From an uncultured Solirubrobacterales bacterium (GTDB taxonomy: Bacteria > Actinomycetota > Thermoleophilia > Solirubrobacterales > JBBDJG01): a stretch of DNA of 64,000 nt. The number at the start of each line of letters is the position of its first letter. Positions within the stretch are counted from its first letter, which is position 1. The DNA lies in the NCBI GenBank assembly GCA_963774075.1, contig CAVZDP010000009.1, positions 171,103-235,102 of the forward strand, given 5' to 3'. The notes beneath the pieces were generated by a model. It was not told the origin of the DNA. It did no database searches and saw nothing but the letters and a program-made list of their open reading frames with translations. The position numbers and the translations under genes were made by a program. Positions 28,307 to 37,901 of this stretch are shown here, piece after piece.

Positions 28307-29455
28307 TCAGACTGGGGTCGCAGCGAGTGCCTTCGGCCGCTCTGGCGTGGGCGCCTGGTCAGCCTGGCGAGGGCCAGCCGAGGGAGCCTCGCGGCGATCC
28401 GGCAGGGCGAGCCTCACGATCTTTCGCACAACGCTTCCGAATTGCTTGTTCAGCGGACCGGCGTTGTACGGGATGCCGTAGCGCTCGCAGATCTCACGCA
28501 CCTCGACTGAGATCTCCGCGTAGCGGTGGGCCGGGATGTCAGGAAAGAGGTGGTGCTCGATCTGGAAGCTGAGGTTGCCGGAGAGGACGTGGAACAGCTT
28601 CCCGCCCGTCAGGTTGGCGGAACCAAGCAGCTGGCGGTAGTACCACTGGCCGCGGGTCTCCTCCGCGGTCTCCTGCTCCGTGAACTCCTGGGTGCCTTCG
28701 GGGAAGTGCCCGCAGAAGATGATCGTGAACGCCCACAGGTTGCGCGTGAGATTCGCAGTCGCGTTGCCGGCCAGCGTGAGCGCAGCCGATGGACCGGTCA
28801 AAAGCGGAAACAGGACATAGTCCTTCAGCGTCTGCTGGCGCACCTTGCCCCAGATCGCGCCGATCATCCCTCGCTTTTGGCGCAAGCCCGCCTTCCCGGC
28901 GGTTATACGCTCCAGCTCGAGATCGTGCAGGGCGACGCCGTATTGGAAGAAGATCGCCAGCAACCCCGCGTAGAGAGGGTTGCCCAGGTAGTACGGGTGC
29001 CACCGCTGGTCCTCGGACATGCGCAGCACGCCGTAGCCGATGTCGCGGTCCTTGCCAACGATGTTGGTGTGGGTGTGGTGCATGTAGTTGTGAGAGTGAC
29101 GCCACTGGTCGCCGGGGCAGGCCGAGTCCCACTCGAAGCCCTTGCCGGTCAGCCCGGGGTCATTCATCCAGTCGTACTGACCGTGCATCACGTTGTGGCC
29201 GATCTCCATGTTGTCGAGGATCTTCGACAGCGAAAGGGCCGTCACGCCACCGAGCCACGCGGGCGGGAAGAACCCCGCGAACATCAGCGCGCGGCCGGTG
29301 ACCTCGAGCCCGCGCTGGGCCCGGATCACCTTGCGGATGTAGCTCGCATCGCGCTCGCCCAGATCGGCGACGACGCGCTGGCGGATCGCGTCGAGCTCCT
29401 CGCCGAAGGACTCGATCTGCTCGGGGGTGAGCTCGGGAATGGTGGTCGTGCTCAT
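28307..29455 (-). CDS. desA3: Membrane fatty acid (acyl-CoA/acyl-lipid) desaturase, DesA3-like
   Basis: Histidine boxes HNVMHGQYDW, HSHNYMHHTHTN and QIEHHLFP. The likely start is M26 (MSTTTIPEL, ATG at 29455) behind an AAGGAGA RBS. It is paired with an upstream reductase, as in the mycobacterial Rv3230c-Rv3229c arrangement. Confidence 0.85.
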   Translation of the reverse strand: MSTTTIPELTPEQIESFGEELDAIRQRVVADLGERDASYIRKVIRAQRGLEVTGRALMFAGFFPPAWLGGVTALSLSKILDNMEIGHNVMHGQYDWMNDPGLTGKGFEWDSACPGDQWRHSHNYMHHTHTNIVGKDRDIGYGVLRMSEDQRWHPYYLGNPLYAGLLAIFFQYGVALHDLELERITAGKAGLRQKRGMIGAIWGKVRQQTLKDYVLFPLLTGPSAALTLAGNATANLTRNLWAFTIIFCGHFPEGTQEFTEQETAEETRGQWYYRQLLGSANLTGGKLFHVLSGNLSFQIEHHLFPDIPAHRYAEISVEVREICERYGIPYNAGPLNKQFGSVVRKIVRLALPDRREAPSAGPRQADQAPTPERPKALAATPV

Positions 29456-29504
29456 CGGGGGTCTCCTTCTTGGTCGGAAAAAGGCTCGTGCGGGGTTGAC
29501 GTCG

Positions 29505-30633
29505 TCAGAGGTCGAGCTCGACGTCGCCAACGGGGACCGAGACGCAGATCTGGATGTCCTCCTCCTCAGCGCCCGAGACCTCGCCGGTGACGAGGTTGCG
29601 GACGCTGCCCGCCGTCTTGCGACAGGTACAGGTGTGGCAGATGCCCATCCGGCAGCCGAACTGAGGTCCCAGTCCGGCCTGTTCGGCCTGCTCGAGAAGG
29701 GAGCGGCCGTTGTTCGGCCGGCGCTCGCGGGCGCGGGCGAAGCTCACGCTTCCCTCGGCGCGATCGCTGGGGAGCGCGAGCGAGGGGGGGAGAAAGCTCT
29801 CGATGTGGAGCAGACGCTCTATGCCGTCCTCGGCCCAGATCCTGCGCGCCGACTCGATCAGCCCGGGCGGGCCGCAGACATAGGCTTCCGCGCGAGCTGC
29901 GTCCGGGGCTACCGCGCGCAGGTGCTCGCGACTGAGGTGGCCGGTCAGGGCGCCGCCGGAGGCGCGTGTGTAGGCATGGACGACCCGCACGTTTGGATGA
30001 CGGGCCGCGATCTCGCCGAGCTCGCGGCCGTAGATGACGTCATCGCGCGTCGGTGCGTAGTGGACGAAGGTCACGGCTCCGGCATGCCCCTCGTCGGAGA
30101 GCGTTCGCAGAATCGAGATCAGCGGCGTGATGCCGCTACCGCCGCTGATCAGCAGCAGACGGTCGGGCCGGCTCGCCGGCAGGACGAAGTCACCGTCGGC
30201 CGCCGAAAGTCCGACCACCATCCCGGGACGTGCGCTTCGGTTGAGAAAGCCGGAGACCCGGCCCTCGGGATGCGCCTTGACCGTGATCTCGATGCGGTCG
30301 GCCCCATGCTGCGGAGCAGGCGGGCGAGTAGCAGCGCGTCTGGCGCACGCCGTCGATCTCGACCGTCAGGCGGACGAACTGTCCGGTGCTGAAGCCCTGC
30401 CAGTTCTCGTTCGGGCGCAGGGTCAGCGTGACGCTGTCGCCTGTCTGGCGACGGACCTCGACGACCTCGGCCCTGGCCTCGCTCAGCGACCACGAGGGGC
30501 GGATCAGCTCCAGATAGCGGTCGACACCGTGCGGTGCGGCGAGCGCCTCGAGCAATCCCGAGCCCAGGACGCGGCGGCCGAGCCGGCGCACGGGCGTCGG
30601 CGGCTGTGGGCGTGGGGCGGCGGCGGTGGTCAT
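29505..30633 (-). pseudogene. Ferredoxin-reductase-type FAD/NAD(P)-binding plus 2Fe-2S oxidoreductase (desaturase partner), split by one frameshift near 30310
   Basis: ORF 30190..30633 reads the N-terminus up to ...RCYSPACSAA. The continuation GADRIEITVKAHPEGRVSGFLNRSARPGMVVGL is in another frame and joins ORF 29505..30221 (LLISGGSGITP; C-terminal CHTCTC 2Fe-2S motif). Confidence 0.7.
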
Positions 30634-30735
30634 GGGCTCGGCGGGCTCTGCATATTGAGTGTACGACTGTACACAGATTACCCCTAACCCGCGGGCCGTA
30701 ACAGCGATGTCGGTGCGCTATGTCACACTTGTGAC

Positions 30736-31419
30736 GTGAACAGTCGTACTCCCACGACGGCCGGGTCAGTCTCCGCGTCCCGCCGCGAGCGAAAGCAACG
30801 GACGCGGGCGGATCTGCTGCAGGCGGCGCTTCTGCTGCTCAAGGACAAGAGCTTCAGCAGCCTGAGCCTGCGCGAGGTCAGCCGTGAGGCCGGGGTCGTC
30901 CCAACCGCCTTCTACCGCCACTTCACGAGCATGGAGGAGCTAGGGCTGGCGCTCGTCGACGAGTCCTTCCGCACCCTGCGCGAGATGATCCGATCGGCCC
31001 GGTCGGAGGCGAACCCCGAGCACGTCATCCGTGGCTCGGTCGAGATCCTCGTGCACCACGTGCACGAGCACCGCCTTCACTTCCGCTTCATCGCACGCGA
31101 GCGGTTCGGGGGCGTGAGCGCCCTTCGCCAGGCGATCCGAGGCGAGATCAGGTTGTTCTCGAGCGAGCTCGCGACCGACCTCGCAAGGTTCCCTTACCTC
31201 AACGAGTGGAGCACCGAGGACCTGCAGATGATGGCTGGGCTGATCGTGAACGCGATGGTCTCGACCGCGGAAGGGATCCTCGACGTGCCGATCGACAACC
31301 CCGAGGTCGAGGACGAGATCGTCCGCACGGTCGAGAAGCAACTCCGCCTCGTGGCGCTCGCCGCGCCCCATTGGCGAAGCGCCGGCAGCGCGCCGGTCTC
31401 GGCCCGGCCGAGCGACTGA
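30736..31419 (+). CDS. TetR family transcriptional regulator
   Basis: HTH region SLREVSREAGVVPTAFYRHFTSMEEL. Divergent from the reductase-desaturase operon. GTG start. Confidence 0.85.
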   Translation: MNSRTPTTAGSVSASRRERKQRTRADLLQAALLLLKDKSFSSLSLREVSREAGVVPTAFYRHFTSMEELGLALVDESFRTLREMIRSARSEANPEHVIRGSVEILVHHVHEHRLHFRFIARERFGGVSALRQAIRGEIRLFSSELATDLARFPYLNEWSTEDLQMMAGLIVNAMVSTAEGILDVPIDNPEVEDEIVRTVEKQLRLVALAAPHWRSAGSAPVSARPSD

Positions 31420-31749
31420 CTACGCGCCCTCGATCCGTCTTCGTTCGCGGAAGTAGAGGAAGAGGGGGAACGCGAAGCAGAGGCCCCCAAAAACCGCGAG
31501 GGCAAACGGCCACCAGCGTCGGATTCCCACCCTCGCCGCCTCCCTGGGTAGCCATGCGAGAAAGACGACGGCACACATCATGAGATCGGCGAACGTCAGC
31601 GCGGCGATCGTCGAGGAGAAGATCTGATCCCCGAATTCGCCTGGATCGAGGCCGTTGTCGGCGAGGAAAGCGCCGAAGAGGGCGAGCTGACCAAGCAGGC
31701 CGGCGATCGCCAGGGCGAGAAACGCGACGGCTCGCGCGCTCGAAGTCAT
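31420..31749 (-). CDS. DUF2834-like small membrane protein
   Basis: 109-aa ORF with 3-4 hydrophobic helices and a C-terminal FPLFLYFRERR. Confidence 0.65.
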   Translation of the reverse strand: MTSSARAVAFLALAIAGLLGQLALFGAFLADNGLDPGEFGDQIFSSTIAALTFADLMMCAVVFLAWLPREAARVGIRRWWPFALAVFGGLCFAFPLFLYFRERRRIEGA

Positions 31750-31780
31750 GGGCCGAGGATCGCACCCGGAGGTTGGTCTG

Positions 31781-31803
31781 TCGATTACCTCGGAGGTAAT
31801 CGA
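31781..31803. promoter_or_regulatory. Perfect 11+1+11 palindrome TCGATTACCTC-g-GAGGTAATCGA
   Basis: Read directly. Lies 38 nt upstream of the MmyB-like regulator gene. An 18-nt part (TACCTCGGAGGTAATCGA) recurs at 32625-32642, across that gene's stop codon. Confidence 0.4.
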
Positions 31804-31840
31804 GGGGCGGTCGCGTGGCAGCTAGAGTCGGCACCACGAG

Positions 31841-32638
31841 ATGGCGATCGTGAGCTCCCAGCCTCGGGTCGGGCCGCTGCTGCGCGAGTGGCGCAAGCGG
31901 CGGCGGCGCACGCAGCTCGACCTGGCCCTCGCCGCCGGCATCTCGGCCCGACATCTGAGCTTCGTCGAGACCGGTCGCTCGACGCCTAGCCCGGAGATGG
32001 TGCTGCTGCTCGCCGAGCAGCTCGAGGTCCCGTTCCGGGAGCGCAACCAGCTGCTGCTCGCCGCCGGTCATGCGCCGGCCTTTCCCGAGCGCTCGCTGCA
32101 GGACCCCGAGCTTGCGCCGGTGCGGGAGGCTCTCGATCTGGTCCTCGCCGGACACGAGCCCTACCCGGCGCTCGTCATCGATCGCCGCTGGAACATCGTT
32201 GCCGCCAACTCCGCGACCGTGGCACTCGCCGAGTGGCTCGACCCGGCGCTGCTCGAACCGCCGCTCAACATGCAGCGGGTCATGCGGGAGCTGGCCCCCC
32301 GGATCGTCAACCTCGTCGAGGTACGGGCGTATTTCGTCGAGCGGCTCCAGCACCAGGCCGCGATCACCGGGGACGAGGAGATGGCCGCGCTGCTGGGGGA
32401 GCTGGCGGGCGACCCGGCGCGCGGGCAATGGCACGATCTCGCCTCCGAGGCGGCCGCGAGCGGGATCCTCATGCCGCTGCGGCTGCGCGGTCCAGACGGC
32501 GGCGAGCTGTCGCTCTTCGGCACGGTCGCCACCTTCGGCACCGCGGTCGAGGTGACGACCTCCGAGCTTTCGATCGAGTCGTTCTTCCCCGCCGACGCTG
32601 CGACTGCCGAGGTGCTGCGGAACCTACCTCGGAGGTAA
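31841..32638 (+). CDS. XRE-type HTH regulator with MmyB-like C-terminal ligand-binding domain
   Basis: N-terminal LREWRKRRRRTQLDLALAAGISARHLSFVETGRSTPS. C-terminal EPYPALVIDRRWNIVAAN is typical of the MmyB-like family. Confidence 0.8.
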   Translation: MAIVSSQPRVGPLLREWRKRRRRTQLDLALAAGISARHLSFVETGRSTPSPEMVLLLAEQLEVPFRERNQLLLAAGHAPAFPERSLQDPELAPVREALDLVLAGHEPYPALVIDRRWNIVAANSATVALAEWLDPALLEPPLNMQRVMRELAPRIVNLVEVRAYFVERLQHQAAITGDEEMAALLGELAGDPARGQWHDLASEAAASGILMPLRLRGPDGGELSLFGTVATFGTAVEVTTSELSIESFFPADAATAEVLRNLPRR

Positions 32639-32792
32639 TCGACAGGCCTCCCACAGGCTGTCACGGTTGGTCGCGTGACGAGGAGGGACGTGGAACGGTT
32701 CGACGGGAGGCGCTGGTCTCACGCGGGCCGTCTACGCGGCAAGCGTCTTAGGCGCTCTCCCGGCGGTGGTCGGCTCTATGCGCTGAAGCGGA

Positions 32793-33479
32793 TCAGGCTT
32801 CGCCCAAGCGCTCCTTGCGCTTCTTTGGGACTGCCTCTTTGGCGGCGGCGCGTTCGGCGTCGAGGCGCTTCTTCGCCTCCTTGAGCCACGCTCGGCGCCC
32901 GTTGTGCGTGCTCACGTGCTCAGGCAACTCGTCGCCTCGCTTGGAGCCGTAGATCTCATCCTCTTCGGCATCGATGCGGCCCGCCTCGGCCACTATCTCC
33001 TCGGCGAGCTTCTGGTAGGTGCGGATCGCCGAGTCTGATGCGTCGGCGGCGATCTTTGAGCCATCAACGGCCAGCACGCCTGTGCGCACCAGCCCTGCCT
33101 CGGCGCAGAGCGTGAGCACCTGGCCGAAGATGTCTGAGAGCGCCTGCTCGTGGCGCTGCCGGAAGCGGGAGATCGTGGTGTGATCGGGCACCTGGTTGGC
33201 GCAGATCACACGGAAGGCGACGTCCTCGCGGCAGCGGCGCTCGATTTCGCGCGATGAGCGCTCCCTGACGCAGTAGGAGTAGGTGAGAAGCGTCAGCATC
33301 ATCTTCGGGTCGTGTGCGGCAGCGCCGTGGCCGTCCGCTCGATATGAGGCGTAGAAGGCGTCGAGGTCGAGCTCCTCGATCGATTGGATCACGAACCAGG
33401 CGAGGTGGTCTTCTTCAAGCCAGTCGTGAAGGTCCGGCGGCAGGAGAAGTGGTTGGTTTCGGTCGCATGTCAGGAAGTT
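32793..33479 (-). mobile_element. IS1182-type (DUF772 N-terminal) transposase fragment; lacks a start codon and the C-terminal DDE half
   Basis: Reads NFLTCDRNQPLLLPPDLHDWLEEDHLAWFVIQSIEELDLDAFYASYRADGHGAAAHDP...VLAVDGSKIAADAS. Homologous to the copy at 51121-52284. Ends after a KKRKERLGEA linker. Confidence 0.7.
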
Positions 33480-33574
33480 TGGGCCATTGCTCGATGGTCC
33501 AAAACGGATCGGACGGCAGGGGTTTTTGCAACAGCCTCGCGTGAACTCGGCAGTGCGCAGAACTCAGGACATCA

Positions 33575-33870
33575 GATCGACGTGCTGCCCTGATTCGGTC
33601 CTCCGCGGACGTGCGATCGGCCGGGTCGAACTCCTCGAAGACGTGCGCGTAGGTGCGCAAGCACTCGGCGGGTGAGTGGCCGGCCTTGCGGGCCACCTCG
33701 ACGACCGAGAGCCCCGCCTGGATCAGGAGCGACACGACTGGCGGAGGTCATACGGCCTGGGTGACTTGAGCCCCGCGGCGCCAGCGCAGGCACGAACTTC
33801 CGCTTTCGCCAGTTTGTAGTCGTCGTCGCGCCGGCGCCTCCGTCGGCGCGCGGGAGAACGTTCGCGTCCG
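33575..33870 (-). pseudogene. Tyrosine recombinase (integrase) C-terminal fragment with frameshifts
   Basis: Pieces in three frames: ANVLPRADGG..., GLKSPRPYDLRQS, LLIQAGLSVVEVARKAGHSPAECLRTYAHVFEEFD...IRAAR. They are collinear with the C-terminus of the 54019 integrase. Confidence 0.6.
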
Positions 33871-33936
33871 CTGGCGGTCGCCACAGGCCTGGAACCTTCC
33901 AGCTCCACATTCGGTTACTTGGGCGCCCCACCCCTC

Positions 33937-35244
33937 CTAACGCAAGCTCTCGAGCGCCCTCCGCGCGCGTGGTCCATAGAGCGGCGAGAAACGGGGGTTG
34001 TTGCCAAGCGAGCGGGCGAGATAGCGGCGAGCGAGATCGCGACGGCCGGTCGCTCGAGCGCTCATGCCCGCGTGAAACAGGAAGACCGGATCTCGTGAGC
34101 CCAGCCGGAGCGCTCGCCGCGCCCAGCGGAGACCCTGGTCGGGCCGGCCGGCCTGTGTCAGGGCCCACCCGAGAGCATCCGCGGACCGCACGCTGGGCGC
34201 GAGCGCCCAGGCGCGGCGGCCGAGGCCGACCGCTCGATCGGGGTCGCCGTGGCTTGCCTCGAAGAGGGCGACCTCGGTGCTCGTATTCTCACCGTTGCGG
34301 CGGGCGCTGACTTCCTGGGCGGCAGCCCGCGAGAAGTGCCTGCGGGCGGCGACGCGCTGCCCCGCCGCGAGCTCAGCCTCGCCCAGAGCGATGAGAAACT
34401 CGGGCACGGGGGCGCGAGCGACCGTCAGGCGGTAGCGGCGGATCGCCGCGTCGAGCTGTCCGCGGGCGGCGGCGACGTTCGCGAGTCCGGCGCTCGCGGG
34501 GGCGTACGCTGGATAGCGCGCGATCGCCTGCCGGTAAGCGCGCTCCGCCTTTCGGGTTCGGCCGAGCTGAAACTCGAGGTTGCCGAGCAGCGTCAGCACA
34601 TACGCAGCGTTCTCCGGTGTCTCCCCACCGGCTGACACGGCGAGCGTCATCGCCTCGTGGGCGCCGCGCAGATCACCGTGCAGCTCTCTGAAGTAGGAGA
34701 CGCGGGAGTAGGAGGCGAGGTTCGGCTTCAGGTCGATCATGCGCTGAAGCGCGCGAGCGGCGGCACCGTAGCGGCCGAGCTCGACGTTGGCGTCGACGAT
34801 CACGCCGTAGATGCGTGCTACGCCGGGAGCGGCCTTGCGCGCCCTCAGGCCATAACGGAGCGCCTTGTCGAAGTGATGGCGCCCGAGCGCGAGCGCTCCG
34901 AGGCCGGCGAGCGCTCCGGCGTCGCCTGGCCGCAGCTCGAGGGCACGCCGGAAGGCAGCCTCGATCCGGGGGAAGTAGCTCGTGTCGGCTTCCTCTCGCA
35001 CTTTCTGGAGGTACACGTTTCCGAGCTGCGAATACGCGTCCGCATTGCTCGGGTCCGCGGCGATCACCGCGCTGAGCGAGCGGATCAGGCCATCGGTCGA
35101 GCGCGGGGGCGCCGCCGATCCCGAGCCATCGCCCGCCTGCGGTGGAGACGACGAGCCGTTCAGGACCGCGATCACCGCCAGCGTGACAGCAAACGCCAGC
35201 AGCGGCGCGAGCAGCTTGATCAGAAGCGGTCTGTTGAGGGCCAT
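33937..35244 (-). CDS. Tetratricopeptide (TPR) repeat protein with N-terminal membrane anchor
   Basis: 435-aa ORF with an N-terminal TM segment. Repeated A-x-x-x-Y-x-x-A-L/A-P TPR-like units. Confidence 0.8.
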   Translation of the reverse strand: MALNRPLLIKLLAPLLAFAVTLAVIAVLNGSSSPPQAGDGSGSAAPPRSTDGLIRSLSAVIAADPSNADAYSQLGNVYLQKVREEADTSYFPRIEAAFRRALELRPGDAGALAGLGALALGRHHFDKALRYGLRARKAAPGVARIYGVIVDANVELGRYGAAARALQRMIDLKPNLASYSRVSYFRELHGDLRGAHEAMTLAVSAGGETPENAAYVLTLLGNLEFQLGRTRKAERAYRQAIARYPAYAPASAGLANVAAARGQLDAAIRRYRLTVARAPVPEFLIALGEAELAAGQRVAARRHFSRAAAQEVSARRNGENTSTEVALFEASHGDPDRAVGLGRRAWALAPSVRSADALGWALTQAGRPDQGLRWARRALRLGSRDPVFLFHAGMSARATGRRDLARRYLARSLGNNPRFSPLYGPRARRALESLR

Positions 35245-35344
35245 GTCCGAAAGCTTTCCGAAGTCGCTGAGCGGGTGGTTTCTGGTGAGCGACGTGGCGA
35301 CCGAACGGGGCCCTCGACGAGGGCCCCGTCGCGGTCAGTTGTGC

Positions 35345-36901
35345 CTACGGAGCCGGCGGGACGTTCTCCCGCTTCAGCTTCGCGTCGAATCCCGACGTCG
35401 GCGATGCAACGTAGGGGAACTCGTTCGAGAACGGCTTGTCGTTGGTGTCGACACCGTCCCCGAGCGGGGTCGTGTTGGGCGGGTTGAGCAGCACGCCTGC
35501 TACTACGCGCAGCTCGATGTCCACCACGTCGTCCGCCAACCGGCGGCCGTTCGGGAAGCCCGCCACGTCCCCGGCGATCACGCCCAAGCGATTCGGCGTG
35601 GCACTTGGAGGAGTGGTGAGGTTGATCTTGAGTGTGTCGACCGGCTTCCCACTCTGACGGTTCAGGTCCGGGAGGCCTTGGAGCAGAGCCAGCACGATGT
35701 CCGTGCGACCCGTCTCCTTGACGCCCAGGTTGAACAGGGCGTTCAACAGCTTCGCCAGCTCCGGCTCCACGACGAACTGTCCGAAGTTCGCCGCGTCGTC
35801 AGCGGGCTTGGTGCGGTTGAACCTGTCCTTCTGGCCGATCGGGATCACAACCTCGTTGACGAGGGGGTTGCCGAGGCGCGACACCTGCACGTAGTCGCCC
35901 TTGCCTTCCTCGTTCGCGTTGTCAGTGACCTGGAGCTTGCGACGCTCGGTCGAGGCCCAGATACCGACGACGTTCTTGGAGGCGTTGGAGCCACTGGCCT
36001 TTGCGTCGTCCGCATCGCGATCGTCATCATCGTCGTCGTCCCTGGGACGGTCGGCCTTCTCACCGTTCTTCGTGACCGCCTGTTCGGGGACCTGAAGCAC
36101 GATCGAGTGGACCGAGTAACCGGCGAGGTCGTCCTTGCCGCCGCCCTTGTTTCCCGGCAGTGTTCCGCGGCCATCCAGGTTGATGCCGTCGAACGTCGCG
36201 CCCAGGTCGACGAAGAACGGATCGTCACGCTGACCGACGAACACGCGTCCGCCCCCCGGCAGGTCCCTGATCGCCTGCCGCGCGAGAGCGTCATAGTCGG
36301 GCATCGTCTTCGGGCCGACGTTGTTCGGAGCCACCGGATAGTCGTTGGCGATTCGCACCTCGCGCGTGTTGCTTCGCTTCGCACGACGGTGCTTGCCGCG
36401 GCGGTTCTTCTTCCGGTTGCCACGGTGCCTTGTGCTCTTCTTCGAGCTCGAGTGGGCCTTGGCTTCACCCACCCGGTAGATGTCGTAGGACTGCTTGACG
36501 AACAACTGTGGGTCGTCGAGCGACGTCACCTGAGGTGCCGCATAGAGGAACGAGTTCGGGTTCTCGTAGGTGGTCTTGAACTTGAACCGGTAGCGCACGT
36601 CCGCCTTGCCGTCACCGTCGTTATCGACGTTGATGTAGTAGCGGGCACGATCGTCGAACCGGTAGAAGTTCGGACCGCCGGCGGGATCCTCGAACGGGAT
36701 CCAGTTGGACACGACGGTCAACTGGTCCTCTTCGTTCCGCGCAGTCGCGGGGTCGTTCTTGGCCGTGAAGGCGTATACGTCCGTGTCGTCGGCGGTGGGG
36801 TCGATCGCGGTGAGCGGTGCCTCTCTGTGGCTCGAGCCGATGCTGAGCGGAACCGCGACCGCGATCGCCGCCAGCGCGGCGACGAGCGTGAGTTTCTTCA
36901 T
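35345..36901 (-). CDS. DUF4331 family secreted protein
   Basis: Start at M23 (MKKLTLVAALAAIAVAVPLS, ATG at 36901) behind an AAGGAGG RBS. The mature N-terminus GSSHREAPLTAIDPTADDTDVYAF is the DUF4331 hallmark. Confidence 0.8.
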   Translation of the reverse strand: MKKLTLVAALAAIAVAVPLSIGSSHREAPLTAIDPTADDTDVYAFTAKNDPATARNEEDQLTVVSNWIPFEDPAGGPNFYRFDDRARYYINVDNDGDGKADVRYRFKFKTTYENPNSFLYAAPQVTSLDDPQLFVKQSYDIYRVGEAKAHSSSKKSTRHRGNRKKNRRGKHRRAKRSNTREVRIANDYPVAPNNVGPKTMPDYDALARQAIRDLPGGGRVFVGQRDDPFFVDLGATFDGINLDGRGTLPGNKGGGKDDLAGYSVHSIVLQVPEQAVTKNGEKADRPRDDDDDDDRDADDAKASGSNASKNVVGIWASTERRKLQVTDNANEEGKGDYVQVSRLGNPLVNEVVIPIGQKDRFNRTKPADDAANFGQFVVEPELAKLLNALFNLGVKETGRTDIVLALLQGLPDLNRQSGKPVDTLKINLTTPPSATPNRLGVIAGDVAGFPNGRRLADDVVDIELRVVAGVLLNPPNTTPLGDGVDTNDKPFSNEFPYVASPTSGFDAKLKRENVPPAP

Positions 36902-37017
36902 AAGACCTCCTTGATTAGGAATCCACATTGCACTAACGGCGCCCCTCTCTCTCGCCGACATGTCCACCCTTTACGTCCAACCGAACTTCTCCTGGACCCG
37001 GAATAGACAGAACCGTC

Positions 37018-37046
37018 TTTCTAGCAAAGACAGACCTGTCTGTCAA
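37018..37046 (-). promoter_or_regulatory. Promoter-operator module copy 1 (minus orientation, reads toward the DUF4331-TPR operon)
   Basis: Reverse complement is TTGACAGACAGGTCTGTCTTTGCTAGAAAGAC. -35 TTGACA, 17-nt spacer, -10 TAGAAA. Palindrome GACAGAC-NN-GTCTGTC at 37029-37044. Confidence 0.55.
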
Positions 37047-37409
37047 AGTGCATGTCGTACCCGAAGAGAATGTCGCGTCGCGGTGGGCGCGGCGACGCCG
37101 CGCCGGTCTTGGTTGGCCAGACAATGGGGGAGACTGGCAAGCCACATCCAGGGTGGCAAGGCCAAGAGGCTCGTCGCCTACTGGGACCGCGAGCGCGCGC
37201 TCTCCGAGCTGGGATTCGCCCCGGAGGCAGACTCACCGCGCTCGTAGTTCGAGGTGCCGCTTCGCGCGAAACGGGCAGGGCGATGAGTGGGCGTCCGCGC
37301 ACAAGAAGGAGGGCGCTCCCGCTCGTCTCCGTCTGTAAGCACCTCCCCGAAGAGGTGCTGGTGAGATGATGGAACCGCCAACGAACCTGCGTTCTGAATG
37401 GAGGTCCCG

Positions 37410-37901
37410 ATGAGCACGACAGACGAGCTCATAGAGAACAGCAAGGCATACGCCGAAGGCTTCGACAAGGAGGATCTGCCGCTCCCGCCGGCGAAGAAGG
37501 TGGCCGTCGTCGCCTGCATGGACGCGCGCCTGATTCCCACCCGCGTGCTCGGCCTCGAAGAGGGCGATGCTCATGTGATCCGAAACGCAGGCGGCGCTGT
37601 GACAGACGACGAGATCCGCTCGCTTGCGATCTCTCAGCACCAATTGGGCACTGAGGAGATCATCCTCATCCACCACACCGACTGCGGCATGCTCACCTTC
37701 ACCGACGATGAGTTCCGCTCCCGTCTGCAGGAAGAGACAGGCATCCGGCCGGAATGGGCCGCGGAAGCGTTCAGCGACTTGGATGGGGACGTTCGCCAGT
37801 GCATCGGGCGCATCAAGGCCAGCCCTTTCATCCCACGCAAGAACGTGCGCGGTTTTGTCTACGACGTCGCCACGGGAAAGCTCCGTGAAGTTCAGGCTTA
37901 A
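37410..37901 (+). CDS. Beta-class carbonic anhydrase
   Basis: Zinc ligand motifs CMDAR and HTDCG. GGAGG RBS before the ATG at 37410 (the ORF is open from 37398). Confidence 0.85.
   Translation: MSTTDELIENSKAYAEGFDKEDLPLPPAKKVAVVACMDARLIPTRVLGLEEGDAHVIRNAGGAVTDDEIRSLAISQHQLGTEEIILIHHTDCGMLTFTDDEFRSRLQEETGIRPEWAAEAFSDLDGDVRQCIGRIKASPFIPRKNVRGFVYDVATGKLREVQA

Noticed and set aside
31199-32434. 411-aa minus-strand ORF
   Set aside because: Antisense to the MmyB-like regulator and the TetR 3' end. Arg-rich, with no motifs.
34982-37006. 674-aa + strand ORF
   Set aside because: Antisense to the DUF4331 and TPR genes, which have an RBS, a signal peptide and family hallmarks. Composition is typical of GC-rich antisense.
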